A stretch of 64,000 nucleotides of DNA from Eledone cirrhosa (taxonomy: Eukaryota). Position 1 is the stretch's first letter, and every line of letters starts with the position of its first letter. A program made the translations under genes and the position numbers. The notes below the pieces were generated by a model that was not told the DNA's origin, did no database searches, and worked only from the letters and a program-made list of their open reading frames with translations. Below are positions 60,536 to 64,000 of the stretch, in pieces. The DNA lies in contig OZ024741.1 in assembly GCA_964016885.1 (NCBI GenBank), positions 106,516,001-106,580,000 of the forward strand, read 5' to 3'.

Positions 60536-60632
60536 TATGTATGTATGTATGTATGAATGTATGTATGTATGTATATGTCTATATATATATAAACGTATAT
60601 ATCTATCCATTTCTCTCTCTGCACACAGCCAT

Positions 60633-62347
60633 CTTAGTCTTAGTCGACGACCTCCTCCACTTGATTCTGTCACTGGCGGCCTTCTAGCACCTCTCCAGGT
60701 AATTCCCATCTCCTGCAGGTCCCCCCTGAATGTGCTCCGCCATGTCTTTCGTGGTCTTCCCCGTTCTCTCCTGCCACCTTCTGGTACCCAATCCAATGGA
60801 ATATGAGCAGGTCGATCTGCCGGCAAACGAAGGATGTGGCCCGCGAACCGCCGTCTCTTTTTCCGGACAATGTCCCTTAACCTCTCCAATCCTGACCTCC
60901 TCATCACTTCCTCGTTGCTAACTTGGTCTCTCCATGAAATTTTCAATATGGTCCGAATGCAACGACGGTGGAATGCATCAAGCTTGTTACATACACTTAC
61001 CGTCCACTTCCATGTCTCACAGGCATATATCGCTATTGGTACTACAATGAACATGTAAACACGGAATTTGACGGCGTTGCCAATGGAACACCTGGACCAT
61101 ACGGGACGGAGTCGCTGGAAGACCGCCGCTGCTTTTCCCAGCCTTGTCCGCACATCCACCTCAGCATCCCCAACGTCAGAGATGTTGCTGCCAAGGTATT
61201 GGAAGTGGTTTACACATTCAAGTTACGCTGACCAACCATGATGGGAGGATTTGGAGGGTTACCTGTCGACATGGTCTTGGTTTTTTCACAACTGATGCGC
61301 AGGCCAACTTTCTGTGCATTGTCATTTAGAACGTTTGTAATCTCTTGCAGGTCTTCTCGGGAATGGCCTATCACTGCGATGTCATCGGCAAAGTCCAGGT
61401 TGCTTAATCTCCTTCCATCCCAGCTGATGCCAAAACGAGGGTCACTCATTGTCTTATTCATGATGAAATCGATGACAATGAGGAAAAGGAAAGGCGAAAG
61501 GATGCAGCCTTGTCGAACACCCGTCAAGGTGTCAAACATTTCCGTGTTTCTGACCTTTGTCCTAACGCAGCACCTGGAATGTCGGTACAGCGACCTGAAT
61601 ATGTTAATATATTTCTCTGGGACACCGTAGAGTCTTACAATCTTCCACAATGACTCCCGATGAACACTGTCGAAAGCTTTCCTGAAGTCAATGTAGTTGA
61701 CAACAAGGGACTTGTGGAACTCCCGACATTGTTCAATGATATTTCGGAGAGTGAAGATCTGCTCTGAACAAGACCTTCCACTGCGGAAGCCAGCCTGTTC
61801 TTCTCGAAGATGACGATCTACTTCTGCTCTCAGCCGGTTCAGGATGACTGTGCAGAATACCTTCCCTGGCACTGATATCAACGTGATCCCTCTCCAGTTG
61901 TTGCAGTCGCTGAGACAGCCCTTCTTCGGTAGTGGTACAATCACTCCATTTCCCCAGTCCTCCGGCACCTCCTCTTCTTGCCAAATCACATTGCATAAAT
62001 GGGTGAGCTGCTCCTCTATTACATCCTTGCCGTGCTTCAGAAGCTCTGCAGGAATCTCATCCAGCCCTGCCGCTTTGTTATTCTTTTGGCAGCGGATGGC
62101 CTTGGCCACCTCAGCTCTTGTGATGTCGTCTAGTCGTACATCCAGCCGGTAGCTCGCTTCCTCCCAGTCAAGCTCGAAGACTGTGTTGGGGGATGGCTGA
62201 TTGAGGACATCACGAAAGTGTTAGTTCCACCTCTGGGCCTGCTCTTCACTGGTTGCAAGCATCCGTCCATCTTTGCTCTTGGTTGGCAAACTGCTCCCAC
62301 TTCGTCCTCCAGTTAGCTCTCTGGCGATCCGGTACAGCGTCTTGGAA
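60633..62347 (-). pseudogene. 5'-truncated RTE-clade LINE (RT and C-terminus)
   Basis: KAAGLDEI, NWRGITL, EQAGFR, IDFRKAFDS, GVRQGCILSP, DFADD, YACETW, RGRPRKTW; frameshift near 61215; ctaaga tail. Confidence 0.92.
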
Positions 62348-62530
62348 TCATTTCCATACACAGCCATACACATATATAATTGTTTCTACGTTAGGCACAA
62401 GGCCAGCAATTACCCAGTGCATTACTGGTACTTTATTTTATCTACCCCGTAAGGATGAAGGGCAAAGTTAACCCATACACATATATAATGCGCGCGTGTG
62501 TTCACCCCACTATATATATATATATATATA

Positions 62531-62760
62531 TAGGAAAAAGTATGACCCCAACGGCAGAGCTCAAGCTGTTTCGACAGCTATTTCTGGACTCCAGAAATAG
62601 CTGTTTCGACGGCTATTTCTGGACTCCAGAAATAGCCATCGAAACGGCTTGAGCTCTGCCGTCGGAGTCATACTTTTTCCTATTACCCACTCTACTAGCC
62701 TAAGTATTGAGTACTCTGGTGCGTTATAGTCCATCTGGTTCCTTACCACAATTCCTTCGT
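62531..62760. mobile_element. Second fold-back element of the 1598-1869 family
   Basis: Same 3' end ccttaccacaattccttcgt-(TA)n; shorter left arm and duplicated central hairpin. Confidence 0.8.
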
Positions 62761-62773
62761 TATATATATATAT

Positions 62774-63411
62774 ATACAAATAAAGATTCAGCGATAATCG
62801 CATTTTCGGCGGGCAGGAAAAACGAAGCGAAACGCAAAAATCAGAAATGATACTGGCAAAGTGCTCAATAGTTAAAAGCCAGAGCTAAACAATGTGTTAA
62901 AAAGCCATACAAAACTGAAAAGGTGGTCAAGAAAGCATTAACCACCCAAGCCAAAAACCAAAACAAGCTAAACAGGTCAAAACAAAATAAATGATAAAAA
63001 ATAAGTGATAACCAGACTTGGTCTCCCGGAATTGCTGTTAAAATCCGACGTAGAGTTTCTGTGACACCTAAATCAAAATACAGTCTGCTTAAAAATATAA
63101 GCTTTGTGTTTAACGATCGAACAAGGAATATCACGTTATCAACAGGTAATTTCGCTTTGTACCAAATAAGTGAATGACACGGTGGTAAGTTAAACCACGT
63201 GTGGAAATCACACGGGGCATAACCCCAGATTTGGCAAAGTAATTCAGTTGGTGTAGATCATGCAAAAAATAGCATAAATAGCACATCGAATAAGTTCTCA
63301 ACCGAGTACTTTAAAATAAACTTAAACAATTAGCCTGTCAATAGAAATTATTAACAAGTTAACTGTAAGACACGGGAGATTAATACAAATAAAGATTCAG
63401 CGATAATCGCA

Positions 63412-63413
<2 letters not shown>
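62774..63413. mobile_element. ~640-bp non-coding insertion in (TA)n with a 31-bp terminal direct repeat
   Basis: atacaaataaagattcagcgataatcgcatt at 62774-62804 and 63383-63413. Confidence 0.65.
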
Positions 63414-63456
<43 letters not shown>

Positions 63457-63632
63457 CGATAAATTAACGGAGGCAAGGCCCTCGCTATTCCCTGTAAATA
63501 ATGTGCTCAAAGGAGAAGAAATCCCGAGCTCTTTAAAATACAATATGTTGAAAAGGTAACACACAAGAGAGAGATATACAGTGCGCTATCAATAAAACAG
63601 GGAAAAAAACCACCAGTGTATGGAATCTATAA

Positions 63633-63791
<159 letters not shown>

Positions 63792-64000
63792 TTATAGTCA
63801 GTGGCAGATTGGCCTAGTTGCCAGGCTGCCCAATAGCAAGTGGGCCCCAGGGGGGCCACGGTAGCAATGCAGGAGTCCACAGTACCATTGCAGGACCCAC
63901 TGTAGTATTTTAGGGGCCAATACTTTGCTTTCAAAAACAACCTGAAATCTAAGAAAAAGAATTTAAAAAAAAAAATAAATAAAACAATTAAGCAAAGCAT

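Overview
AT-rich, microsatellite-saturated eukaryotic intergenic or intronic DNA. The SINE content and (TA)n/(CA)n/(TATG)n load suggest a cephalopod (octopus-like) genome, which is an inference. I see no host-gene exon; nearly all ORFs in the track are microsatellite artefacts. All real coding remnants are transposon-derived: a decayed Penelope-like element (probably Naiad-type), a second GIY-YIG fragment, RTE-clade LINEs (one with a twin-priming-type inversion), an R4/Dong RT, CR1 and CRE 3' ends, and a mariner fragment. SINEs, non-autonomous Helitrons and minisatellites are also present. The main signal is a dense set of type I hammerhead ribozyme motifs from several unrelated small non-coding element families, mostly in or next to (TA)n tracts. 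One family has a circularly permuted ~430-nt unit, and several elements are fold-back palindromes centred on hammerhead helix II. This looks like a diverse retrozyme-like / non-autonomous Penelope system. All folds were checked by eye only.
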